This document shows positions 19,347 to 27,594 of a stretch of DNA of 64,000 nucleotides, one piece after another. The stretch comes from Sulfurospirillaceae bacterium (GTDB taxonomy: Bacteria > Campylobacterota > Campylobacteria > Campylobacterales > Sulfurospirillaceae). The notes under the pieces were generated by a model that had not been told where the DNA came from, searched no databases, and worked only from the letters and a program-made list of their open reading frames with translations. Every line of letters begins with the position of its first letter. Position 1 is the first letter of the stretch. The translations under genes and the position numbers were made by a program. Where the stretch lies: assembly GCA_033723415.1 (NCBI GenBank), contig JAWVXD010000006.1, positions 32,001 through 96,000 on the forward strand, in the 5' to 3' direction.

Positions 19347-20134
19347 GTGATATATTATTTGAAATAAAAAATCTAAAAAAGCATTATGAAATATCACAAG
19401 GGTTATTTAAAGCTCCGCATATAGTAAAAGCTGTAAACGATATCTCATTTAATGTAAAAAAAGGTGAAATATTAAGCATTGTCGGCGAGAGCGGGTGTGG
19501 AAAATCAACAACTGCAAAAATGCTCATGACCATAGAAAAGCCGACAGACGGTGCGATTATTTTTGAAGGTGCAGACATAACAAAATTTGGCAAAGAAGAG
19601 TTGAAGCAATATAGAAAAAAAGTTCAGATCATATTTCAAGATCCATATTCTTCTCTAAATCCAAGATGGAAGGTCGGCAAAATAATCGCGGAGCCTTTAA
19701 AGTTAAATACAGATTTTAGCGATAAAGAGATCAAAGAAAAAGTCTATGCTATCATGGATAAAGTCGGATTACAAAGAGATTGGTTTGAGCGATATCCGCA
19801 TCAGTTTTCCGGAGGACAGAGACAGAGAATCGGGATAGCAAGGGCTTTGATATTAAATCCTGAGATCATAATCTGTGATGAACCGGTAAGCGCACTCGAT
19901 GTTTCTATACAAGCTCAAGTGTTAAATCTTCTTCTTGATCTGCAAGAAGAATTCAACTTAACGTACGTTTTTATTTCTCATGACTTAAGTGTTGTTGAAC
20001 ATATTTCTGATAGAATAGTTGTTATGTACTATGGCGATATTGTTGAAGAAAAAAGTGTTGATGAGCTTTTTGCAAATCCACAGGCCGAGTATACAAAAAA
20101 ATTATTGAGTGCTATACCGAAGATAGGCGCTTAG
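19343..20134 (+). CDS. dppF: Peptide ABC transporter ATPase
   Basis: GESGCGKS, FQDPYSSLNPR, FSGGQRQR, CDEPVSALD. Confidence 0.92.
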   Translation: MSDILFEIKNLKKHYEISQGLFKAPHIVKAVNDISFNVKKGEILSIVGESGCGKSTTAKMLMTIEKPTDGAIIFEGADITKFGKEELKQYRKKVQIIFQDPYSSLNPRWKVGKIIAEPLKLNTDFSDKEIKEKVYAIMDKVGLQRDWFERYPHQFSGGQRQRIGIARALILNPEIIICDEPVSALDVSIQAQVLNLLLDLQEEFNLTYVFISHDLSVVEHISDRIVVMYYGDIVEEKSVDELFANPQAEYTKKLLSAIPKIGA

Positions 20135-20135
20135 G

Positions 20136-21080
20136 ATGGGAGACAAAATGGAAGGACAAAATTTAAAAGATAAATTTCTTGCATATGTATTCAATATGAA
20201 AGAGTGGGGTATATTCTTAAAAAGATTTTTTGCACTTTTTTTTGTTGCGATCATAGCACTTTTATTTTGGTATTTTCCGATTAGTCTTTTTGTTGCACCA
20301 TTTTACAGTGTAACAAATGATAAAGCACCTACGGTAAGAGAGTATAAAACACTTACAGGCAAATCTACGACTATAGCCTTAAGAGATGGTCTTCAAGAAC
20401 TTTTAGATGAAGGATTGGTGACAAATTTTATCGGTGTTAGAACTTGGATAGACAATAAGTACTATCAACAAGTAGGCGAAATAGAGATGTTTAGAATAGG
20501 CATAAATATATTAGAAAACAATCTGGCAAGAAATAGAGGTACAGGTGGTGCAAACCACTATATAGTCCAAGCAAGATCGGATATCTATGCTGATTTCAGA
20601 CAGCCTATCTTTACCAGTTACACCACAAGAGTCAAACAAGCGGTAAAAAACATCAACAAGTATCTTACTCAGCTAAAAGAAGATGATAAAAAAGACATGA
20701 GTGACAAGAGAGCCGTTTTTATAGTTAATTCCGACAATCTTGCTGCAGCATTGGATAAGCTAAAGCAACAATTACAGACAAATTTAATGACAAAAACCAC
20801 TTTTACTACGCAAGACGATAAATTTTATCGTATTAAAGGTAATCTTATCGCTATGTATTATATTCTCAAGGGTATAGATTACGATTTTAAAAATAAGATG
20901 ATCGATAAAACCTCGTACAATGAAAATTTTGTGCCGATAATGGAGCTTTTAAAGCAAGCGATTGCACAAAATCACCTTGTAATATTAGAATCTATGGGTC
21001 ATCTTTCAAAACTCGAAAAAGATGCCAATGTGATAGCGCAAAAACTAGCTGAACTTCGAGATAAACTAAGAAATGGATAA
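20136..21080 (+). CDS. DUF2333-like membrane-anchored protein of unknown function
   Basis: One N-terminal TM segment. WIDNKYYQQVGE and DDKFYRIKG resemble the DUF2333 DN/DDxFY motifs. Start may be 20148. Confidence 0.6.
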   Translation: MGDKMEGQNLKDKFLAYVFNMKEWGIFLKRFFALFFVAIIALLFWYFPISLFVAPFYSVTNDKAPTVREYKTLTGKSTTIALRDGLQELLDEGLVTNFIGVRTWIDNKYYQQVGEIEMFRIGINILENNLARNRGTGGANHYIVQARSDIYADFRQPIFTSYTTRVKQAVKNINKYLTQLKEDDKKDMSDKRAVFIVNSDNLAAALDKLKQQLQTNLMTKTTFTTQDDKFYRIKGNLIAMYYILKGIDYDFKNKMIDKTSYNENFVPIMELLKQAIAQNHLVILESMGHLSKLEKDANVIAQKLAELRDKLRNG

Positions 21081-21090
21081 AAGGAATAAA

Positions 21091-21345
21091 ATGGAGATAT
21101 TAATCTCATATTGTACAGTTTGAAACTATTTACCAAAAGCTTCCCGTGTGGAAGAAGAGATAAAAGAGGTATTTAGTGATGCAGTCGTTACCAAAATAAA
21201 AGGTGACAGAGGAGCATTTGATATAAGTCTAGACGGGAAACTTATATTTTCCAAGTTATTAAAAGTTGGAACATATGTTGAGCGTTTCCCAAATCCTGGT
21301 GAGATAGTGTCATTGATCAAAAAGAATCTAGAACCTATATCATAA
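21091..21345 (+). CDS. SelW/SelT/SelH (Rdx) family selenoprotein, 84 aa, CxxU motif
   Basis: AAGGA SD, then ATG 21091 giving MEILISYCTV-TGA(21121)-NYLPKASRVEEEIK...GDRGAFDISLDGKLIFSK...RFPNPGEI. It is in frame with the truncated 21148 ORF. Confidence 0.92.
21140..21154 (+). promoter_or_regulatory. Candidate bacterial SECIS apical hairpin
   Basis: cttcc-cgtgt-ggaag stem-loop starting 16 nt after the UGA, with G as the second loop base. Confidence 0.6.
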
Positions 21346-21376
21346 ATAAAATGCAACTATACAATAAGGTATCAAG

Positions 21377-22912
21377 ATGCCCAATTATAAAGATCTAAAT
21401 GAGTTAAAAAGAGCACTGTGCAATCTATCCCTGCTTTATATTGAAGAAAATGATAATTTGCAAAATAAGATAGCTCCTTTTCTAGAAAAAAATTTTTCCG
21501 ATGTTTATTTAGCATCAGATTCAGATACAGGGATGGAGCTGTTTAACAAATACCATCCCTCTTTTGTGATTACTTGTATTGATCTCCCTAAGATCAATGG
21601 TCTGCAGCTGGCCAGAATGATGCGTGTCATAAATCCTAGAACAAAGATAATAATAACGTCATTGCAAGATGAAAAATCATATCTTCTAGAATCTATAAAT
21701 TTGCACATTGACGGTTATTTAATAAAACCTTTCAAACTCAGCAGTCTGTTGGAGTTGCTTTATTCTTTGGCCATCCAACATGCAAAAGAACATGATCAAG
21801 ACGAACTCAACAGATACATATATAAGATCTTCAATAAACAACAAAGTCTGATCATGTTGATAAGAGATGATCAAGTAGTACTAGCCAATGAAACACTTTT
21901 TGGCTTTATGGACATAAAACCCTCACAATCCCTGCAGGAGAAATTTAAAACACTTGATGAACTTTTTCTCCCTCATCCCACATTCTTATATCGTCAAAAA
22001 AATGAGGAAATCGGCTGTTTAGAGAAAATCAAACAAAATATGGATCAATTATACAATGTCAAACTCCTCGATCAAGAAAAAAAAGAACACCATTTTATTC
22101 TACGACTTACACAGATCAATGAAAAAGAGAGTCTCTATATCTTGTCATTGACAGATATCACCGAACTTAATCTATTAGGTCTGTATGATAAAAAAAACTT
22201 AGATAATGAGGAAGATCTTTCAAACGAACAAACTATCTTGCATCTTTTTAATGCAGCGAAAGAAGCTTCTGCGACGATTAGAATGTATAATTTTTACAAA
22301 GGTCTTATGATTTCCAATGATGCTATTATCACAGAAGCCGTGTTAAATGATTATGTTTTTAAAACTTCTATAAATCAGCAAAAAGCTGTAAAATTTGAAC
22401 AAAAGGTAGTCATACACTGTGAACTTTTTCCTTATGACATAGAATCAGCTGATATTAAATCCATCAATTTTACCAGGCAGACTGTAGAGATCGGAAAATG
22501 CAACATGCTAAAAAGCACTCCTACTGAAAGAAAATCTCTAGTATTAGAACCGGATGAAAAGCATAACGTATCTTTTGTTTTCAATGAATATATTTATGAT
22601 CATGGGATGAGAATAAAAGATATATCCAAAGAAGCTGTAAGGATCTATGTAGAACAACTTCCTCTAGAATTACAAGAAGGAGATGAGATATACATCAGTA
22701 TGTCTTTTCATGATGGTCCACAAACTAATACTATCAGAGTTAAGTCCTATGTTTTAAAGATTATCCCATATGACAAAATATTTTATATTGTTGCACGCTT
22801 TGCACCGACTCCTCCTGTTCAAAAGTCTATAGTAGACTATATGATATCACGTCAGATGACGCTTGTGCGTGAGTTTAAAAGTTTGCAAATCCAAATAAAA
22901 GAAGAGAACTAG
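21377..22912 (+). CDS. Atypical receiver domain + PAS-like + degenerate PilZ-like signalling protein
   Basis: REC fold (LLYIEE, ITCIDLPKING, IIITS, YLIKPF), VVLANETL PAS-like segment, C-terminal ERKSLVLEP / IKDISKEAVRI PilZ-like segment. Confidence 0.75.
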   Translation: MPNYKDLNELKRALCNLSLLYIEENDNLQNKIAPFLEKNFSDVYLASDSDTGMELFNKYHPSFVITCIDLPKINGLQLARMMRVINPRTKIIITSLQDEKSYLLESINLHIDGYLIKPFKLSSLLELLYSLAIQHAKEHDQDELNRYIYKIFNKQQSLIMLIRDDQVVLANETLFGFMDIKPSQSLQEKFKTLDELFLPHPTFLYRQKNEEIGCLEKIKQNMDQLYNVKLLDQEKKEHHFILRLTQINEKESLYILSLTDITELNLLGLYDKKNLDNEEDLSNEQTILHLFNAAKEASATIRMYNFYKGLMISNDAIITEAVLNDYVFKTSINQQKAVKFEQKVVIHCELFPYDIESADIKSINFTRQTVEIGKCNMLKSTPTERKSLVLEPDEKHNVSFVFNEYIYDHGMRIKDISKEAVRIYVEQLPLELQEGDEIYISMSFHDGPQTNTIRVKSYVLKIIPYDKIFYIVARFAPTPPVQKSIVDYMISRQMTLVREFKSLQIQIKEEN

Positions 22913-22918
22913 TCTCTT

Positions 22919-24304
22919 CTATTCTTTTGGTCCTATCATATCTTCAGGTTTGATAATTGAATCAAATTCTTCTTCGCTGAGTAGTCCTGATTCAAGAGCA
23001 GATTCCCTTAGGCTTATTCCTTTTTTATGGGCATTCTTTGCTATTTTTGCGGCGTTCTCATAACCTATATGAGGATTAAGAGCAGTTACCAGCATCAATG
23101 AATTATGAAGATAATGATCCATCTTCTCTTTGATAGGTTCTAACCCGACTATACAATGATTATTAAATGACCTCATAACATCGCCAAGAAGTCTTACTGA
23201 TTGCAGGTAAGCATTTATCAGCACCGGTTTAAACACATTTAATTGAAAATTTCCTTGACTTGCAGCCATTGATATCGTCGTGTCATTTCCAAAGACCTGA
23301 CACACTACCATAGTCACAGCCTCTGCCTGAGTTGGATTGACTTTTCCGGGCATGATTGAGCTGCCAGGTTCATTTTCAGGGATTTTATACTCCCCGATGC
23401 CACATCTTGGTCCAGAACTGAGCCATCTCACGTCATTTGCTATTTTCATCAAATCTGCACTCAAAGCTTTTAGTGCACCGTGAGAAAATACTAATCCGTC
23501 ATGACTTGTCAAGGCATGAAATTTATTTGGTGCGGTAACGAACTCTTTTAGAGTAAAACTACTTATCTCTTCTGCAACCATTTGACCAAGAAGAGGATGC
23601 GCATTTAAGCCGGTACCGACTGCCGTTCCTCCAAGAGCCAATTCTCTGATCGGAGGCAGTGAGACTTGTATCATCTCTTCTGCTTTTTTCAACATCTCAG
23701 CCCAAGCGCTTATCTCTTGTCCTGCGCTTAGCGGTGTTGCATCTTGAAGATGCGTTCTTCCTATCTTGATAATATCTCTGTATTGATTTGATTTCTCTTC
23801 CAGTGTAGTTTTTAAAACTTTTAGATTAGGCAAAAGAGTATCTTCTATCTCTAAGACTGCAGCTATATGCATAGCCGTAGGAAAAGTATCATTTGAGCTT
23901 TGTGATTTATTTACATCATCATTTGGATGAACAAGTTTTGCTTTTCTAAAATCTCCACCCATCTTGTTTGTTGCAATATTTGCAACTACTTCGTTTACAT
24001 TCATATTTGTCTGAGTGCCGCTGCCTGTCTGCCAAATACTTAGTGGAAATTCTTTGTCATGTCTTCCTTCCAATATCTCATCACAAGCTAAAACGATAGC
24101 TCTGGTTTTTTCGTCACTCAGCTTATTTAATTTATTATTTACAATTGCAACGGATCTTTTTAGTATCGCAAAAGCTTGGATTATACTTTTTGGCATCTTT
24201 TCCGTGCCAATTTCAAAATTCATCAAACTTCTAGCACTTTGAGCACCCCAGAGGGCATCTTGTGGAACTTCAATTTCTCCCATAGTGTCTTTTTCTATTC
24301 TCAT
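22919..24304 (-). CDS. fumC: Class II fumarate hydratase
   Basis: MRIEKDTMGE, QTGSGTQTNMN, GRTHLQDATP, GSSIMPGKVNPTQ; AAGGAG SD. Confidence 0.97.
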   Translation of the reverse strand: MRIEKDTMGEIEVPQDALWGAQSARSLMNFEIGTEKMPKSIIQAFAILKRSVAIVNNKLNKLSDEKTRAIVLACDEILEGRHDKEFPLSIWQTGSGTQTNMNVNEVVANIATNKMGGDFRKAKLVHPNDDVNKSQSSNDTFPTAMHIAAVLEIEDTLLPNLKVLKTTLEEKSNQYRDIIKIGRTHLQDATPLSAGQEISAWAEMLKKAEEMIQVSLPPIRELALGGTAVGTGLNAHPLLGQMVAEEISSFTLKEFVTAPNKFHALTSHDGLVFSHGALKALSADLMKIANDVRWLSSGPRCGIGEYKIPENEPGSSIMPGKVNPTQAEAVTMVVCQVFGNDTTISMAASQGNFQLNVFKPVLINAYLQSVRLLGDVMRSFNNHCIVGLEPIKEKMDHYLHNSLMLVTALNPHIGYENAAKIAKNAHKKGISLRESALESGLLSEEEFDSIIKPEDMIGPKE

Positions 24305-24409
24305 TGTAATCTCCTTGAGTGAGAAAGTATACAAGTCGATTATATTAGAAAAATGTAAATTTTTATTAAATATCTATAAGGTATGAAAGATTTTGAGTTG
24401 AAAGTAGAT

Positions 24410-24440
24410 ATTAGCGCCAAGCTCAAAACTTGGCGCTAAT
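24410..24440 (-). terminator. Terminator hairpin after the rhodanese gene
   Basis: Perfect 12-bp stem attagcgccaag / cttggcgctaat, 4 nt after the stop. Confidence 0.7.
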
Positions 24441-24444
24441 TGTT

Positions 24445-25341
24445 TTATTTTGCTACAGGAAGATTTGTTCTAGAATATTGATACATAGATCCGTCAAAAT
24501 CACCTACGTGTTTTACGCCTGCCAAAAACTTAGCTGCAAACCAAGTACCTGTTGCCAAGTGACCTGTGTTACAATATGTGATTATAGGCTTGTGTAAAGA
24601 AACACCTGCTTTTGTAAATATTGATTTAGCTTCTGCTGAGCTTACTAATTTATATAATTTACCTTCTTTTTTAGTAAAGTAATATGCTGAAACTCTTTTA
24701 GCACCTTCAATATGTCCGTGTCTAACTAATCTTTTGTCTTTGTCTTTTCCAACATAGTGAGCTTCTTCTCTAGCATCAACAAGCTGAGACTTTTTGTTTA
24801 TAAGCGCGCTTTTGATATCTACTAAGCTTTTTACGTCAGCTTCAGAAAAACTTTTAACTTTAAAATTACCTTTTTTAACTGCAGTTGCGACTTTTGAAAG
24901 CTTATTACCGCTTGCAACCCATGCTTCAATACCACCATCTAGTATTGCAACTTTTCTCATACCGTATACCCATGCTGTCCAAAAGCCTCTAGTCATGTCT
25001 GTATATTTTTGAGGTTTTAAAACATGAGAAACAAAAACTACAACACTGTGATTTGAAATTCCGGCATCACTGAATAATTGCTCTACTTCAGCAGGTGTGT
25101 CAAGAAGAGCTTTAATATCTCCTGAGTGACCTTTAAAGAAATTTTCTTTTGGCATATTCACTGCACCTGGGATATGTCCGGCAGCAAATTCTTTTGGGCT
25201 ACCTACATCAACGATAACTACATGCTTTGCATTCTTACTTAACCAACTAGCAGAAACTACATGGTTTGATGGTACGCTTAGTGCAAATGATGGTATTACC
25301 GTCATTGCAACAAAAACTAAAATTGAAAAAAACTTTTTCAT
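24445..25341 (-). CDS. Exported two-domain rhodanese/sulfurtransferase
   Basis: Sec signal peptide (..PSFA). GHIPGA, ILDGG, LVDAR, GHIEGA, active-site YCNTGHLA, FDGSM. Confidence 0.9.
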   Translation of the reverse strand: MKKFFSILVFVAMTVIPSFALSVPSNHVVSASWLSKNAKHVVIVDVGSPKEFAAGHIPGAVNMPKENFFKGHSGDIKALLDTPAEVEQLFSDAGISNHSVVVFVSHVLKPQKYTDMTRGFWTAWVYGMRKVAILDGGIEAWVASGNKLSKVATAVKKGNFKVKSFSEADVKSLVDIKSALINKKSQLVDAREEAHYVGKDKDKRLVRHGHIEGAKRVSAYYFTKKEGKLYKLVSSAEAKSIFTKAGVSLHKPIITYCNTGHLATGTWFAAKFLAGVKHVGDFDGSMYQYSRTNLPVAK

Positions 25342-25371
25342 ATTTACTCCTTGGGATTTTATAAATTTATG

Positions 25372-25415
25372 TATTCACAAAATAAACCACATGAGAATGG
25401 TTTGTTTTGTGAATA
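25372..25415. other. 18-bp stem-loop upstream of the rhodanese RBS
   Basis: tattcacaaaataaacca / tggtttgttttgtgaata, one mismatch. Confidence 0.7.
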
Positions 25416-25476
25416 ATTACCGACGGATCTAATTATCCGCAACTTTTTCCATTATTAAACGATTTGTTTGTAAAAA

Positions 25477-25833
25477 TTAACAGCCCATTGAAGAACCCTG
25501 ATCACTAGGGGCTTCCGGTGCAGGCGCTGCAGGTGGTGGTGTAGTATCAGTAGCTTTTGTTGTATCTGCAGGTTTATATTTTGCTTCTATTGCATTATTA
25601 TAAGACGTAAATCCTTTGTCATTTGAGGGATCAGCACTTATAGCCAATTTTGCATATTTTAATGCACTATTTATGTCTCCGGCTTTTAGGGCAAGATCTG
25701 ATTTATTTACATATTCTAAAACTATTGTATTTTTCTTTGTCAGCATCTTCTCTCCATTGATAGATACTGTAAACGATAAGATAATTGCAGCAACTAGTAA
25801 TACTGTACTAACAATAACAGGGATGATTTTCAT
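25477..25833 (-). CDS. Small membrane-anchored or exported TPR-like protein with a Pro/Ala/Thr linker and C-terminal MGC
   Basis: AAGGA SD before MKIIP. Hydrophobic N-terminus, TPR-like helix pair (ALKAGDINSALKYAKLAISADPSN), TTPPPAAPAPEAPS linker, ends ...SSMGC-TAA. Confidence 0.8.
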   Translation of the reverse strand: MKIIPVIVSTVLLVAAIILSFTVSINGEKMLTKKNTIVLEYVNKSDLALKAGDINSALKYAKLAISADPSNDKGFTSYNNAIEAKYKPADTTKATDTTPPPAAPAPEAPSDQGSSMGC

Positions 25834-25834
25834 A

Positions 25835-26431
25835 TTATTTTCCTTCATTTTTATTGACGATAGATTTCATATAGTTCATAAACACACCAAGACCTATGCC
25901 CATAATGATAGTTACAAGGTAAGATGTAGTATACATATTTCCCCCGATCAGGTTGTCTATCGTATATCTTCCAATGTATCCGGAATTTGCAAAACTTGAT
26001 ATTTTATCAAATTCAATAAAATATACATACATACCGCTAAGCATACCTAACATAAATACCGCAGCATCTATTTTACCAGATGCAAATCCGACAACTGCCG
26101 TACCTGGACACCAGCCGGCCATTGCCATGCCTGCTCCAAATATAATTCCGCCTACTAAATAAGGCCAAACATAAACTAGAGGTATAAACATTTTACTATA
26201 ATCTACCCATCCAAAATATGATGCGATAACAATCCAAGTTGCAGCAGTTATGATCGCTGATATCATAGTCTGGGAAACTCTGAGATCTTTAAAATGAAAT
26301 ATTGCAGCTATTACTTTTGAATTTCCAAAACCGACACGCTCTAAGATAAAACCAAAAAAGATACCTATGATCAAACCATACAATAAATTTGTATTTACGT
26401 CTATTGCTCCTGTCGTAAACAAAGGATACAT
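25835..26431 (-). CDS. YeeE/YedE (sulfur compound transporter) family protein, half 2
   Basis: GIFFGFILERVGFG, GGIIFGAGMAMAGWCPGT; likely start MYPLF at 26431. Confidence 0.88.
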   Translation of the reverse strand: MYPLFTTGAIDVNTNLLYGLIIGIFFGFILERVGFGNSKVIAAIFHFKDLRVSQTMISAIITAATWIVIASYFGWVDYSKMFIPLVYVWPYLVGGIIFGAGMAMAGWCPGTAVVGFASGKIDAAVFMLGMLSGMYVYFIEFDKISSFANSGYIGRYTIDNLIGGNMYTTSYLVTIIMGIGLGVFMNYMKSIVNKNEGK

Positions 26432-26451
26432 GCTACTTGACCCCCACATAA

Positions 26452-26961
26452 TTATTGCCACTGCTTTTTGAAAAGTGGTGCAAGTAAAAATCCTGCTCCA
26501 AATGCTGCTATCATAAATATCCAAGCCCCAACTGAAAATGAAGCTGCGCCATCGAGTGCTTGACCGCTGGTACAACCTCTTGCAAGTCTAGTGGCAGGAG
26601 CTATCAAGAATCCTCCCAAAAATGCCCAGAACAGTCTCTTATATGCAGGATAATTGTCTCCACGCTCAATGCTTTGTTTAATTCTACCGGCCATTGCAGC
26701 ACTTAAGTATCCGCCTATGAATACTCCTACGACTTCTACAACTGTCCAGTTAGCCAATGCACTGCCATGTTTAAGATATGCTCCCGCATACCCATTTGCT
26801 GAAAAAGCGGCATCATATAAGTATGCAAGCTGTGCAGTTACTCTAGCAAATGCTCCACTTGCTCCAAGTCCTTGTCCAGCGACCATAAAACTTATAAACA
26901 ATAATGTTCCTAGGAGAAAACCCCCTATCATAGGATGCCAAAATTTTTTTTCTTCGTTCAT
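26452..26961 (-). CDS. YeeE/YedE (sulfur compound transporter) family protein, half 1
   Basis: GLGASG, GVFIGG, ATRLARGCTSGQAL. Confidence 0.88.
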   Translation of the reverse strand: MNEEKKFWHPMIGGFLLGTLLFISFMVAGQGLGASGAFARVTAQLAYLYDAAFSANGYAGAYLKHGSALANWTVVEVVGVFIGGYLSAAMAGRIKQSIERGDNYPAYKRLFWAFLGGFLIAPATRLARGCTSGQALDGAASFSVGAWIFMIAAFGAGFLLAPLFKKQWQ

Positions 26962-27434
26962 TTTAATAATTCCCTTTGATCTTTTAGAAAGTTATCTAAG
27001 ATTCCCTCAAATTTTTTCAAACTTTCAAATAAGTTTTTTAATTCATTTTCATCTTCTATAGCTGAGAGTATATCTTCGTGATATTTAATGTATTTGCCTT
27101 TAATATCTACAGCATAGTCTCTACCTAATTTCGTCAAGGTAACCTTTATAATCCTTCTGTCCTTACTTGAAATTTCTCTTTGGATATAACCTTTTGATTC
27201 CAAATGATTTAATAGATTTGTAATTCTTGAAGGTGTTAATTCCATATTGTCAGCGAGCTCTTTAACTTGCAAAAATGTAGTTTTAAGAAGATATCTTAGA
27301 CATCTAAATTGTATTGGACTAAGATTTATAGTAGCACAGAAAAATGCCTCTTTAGCACTACAAAGCTTTTGCATGTTAAAAGTGAGTTTGGAAATTTCGT
27401 CTGCATATTGTTCAAGGTTTTTGTCTGTAATCAT
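26958..27434 (-). CDS. MarR family transcriptional regulator
   Basis: LSPIQFRCLRYL, ELADNMELTPSRITNLLNHLESKGYI, DRRIIKVTLTKLG. 4-bp overlap with the next gene. Confidence 0.92.
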   Translation of the reverse strand: MITDKNLEQYADEISKLTFNMQKLCSAKEAFFCATINLSPIQFRCLRYLLKTTFLQVKELADNMELTPSRITNLLNHLESKGYIQREISSKDRRIIKVTLTKLGRDYAVDIKGKYIKYHEDILSAIEDENELKNLFESLKKFEGILDNFLKDQRELLK

Positions 27435-27594
27435 TTATAGCCTCAATACTTTATATTATAAATAATCATACTATAATATATTTAAATATTCCTTTAAGAA
27501 ATAACAATTATGAAACTTTTAAAGTTAAGACGTTGCCGATTGTAGCTTTTGCTATTTAATAAAAAATTCATACTGAAAATAAGTCCTATCAGTG

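Noticed and set aside
21148..21345. 65-aa ORF starting at GTG 21148
   Set aside because: It is the 3' part of the selenoprotein that starts at ATG 21091 and reads through TGA 21121.
25477..25490. Possible C-terminal GCU selenocysteine extension of the MGC-ending protein
   Set aside because: The stop codon is TAA, not TGA.
27452..27480. tatattata-N11-tataatata palindrome as the MarR operator
   Set aside because: The position is plausible, but it is composed only of A/T in an AT-rich region, so it is too weak to call.
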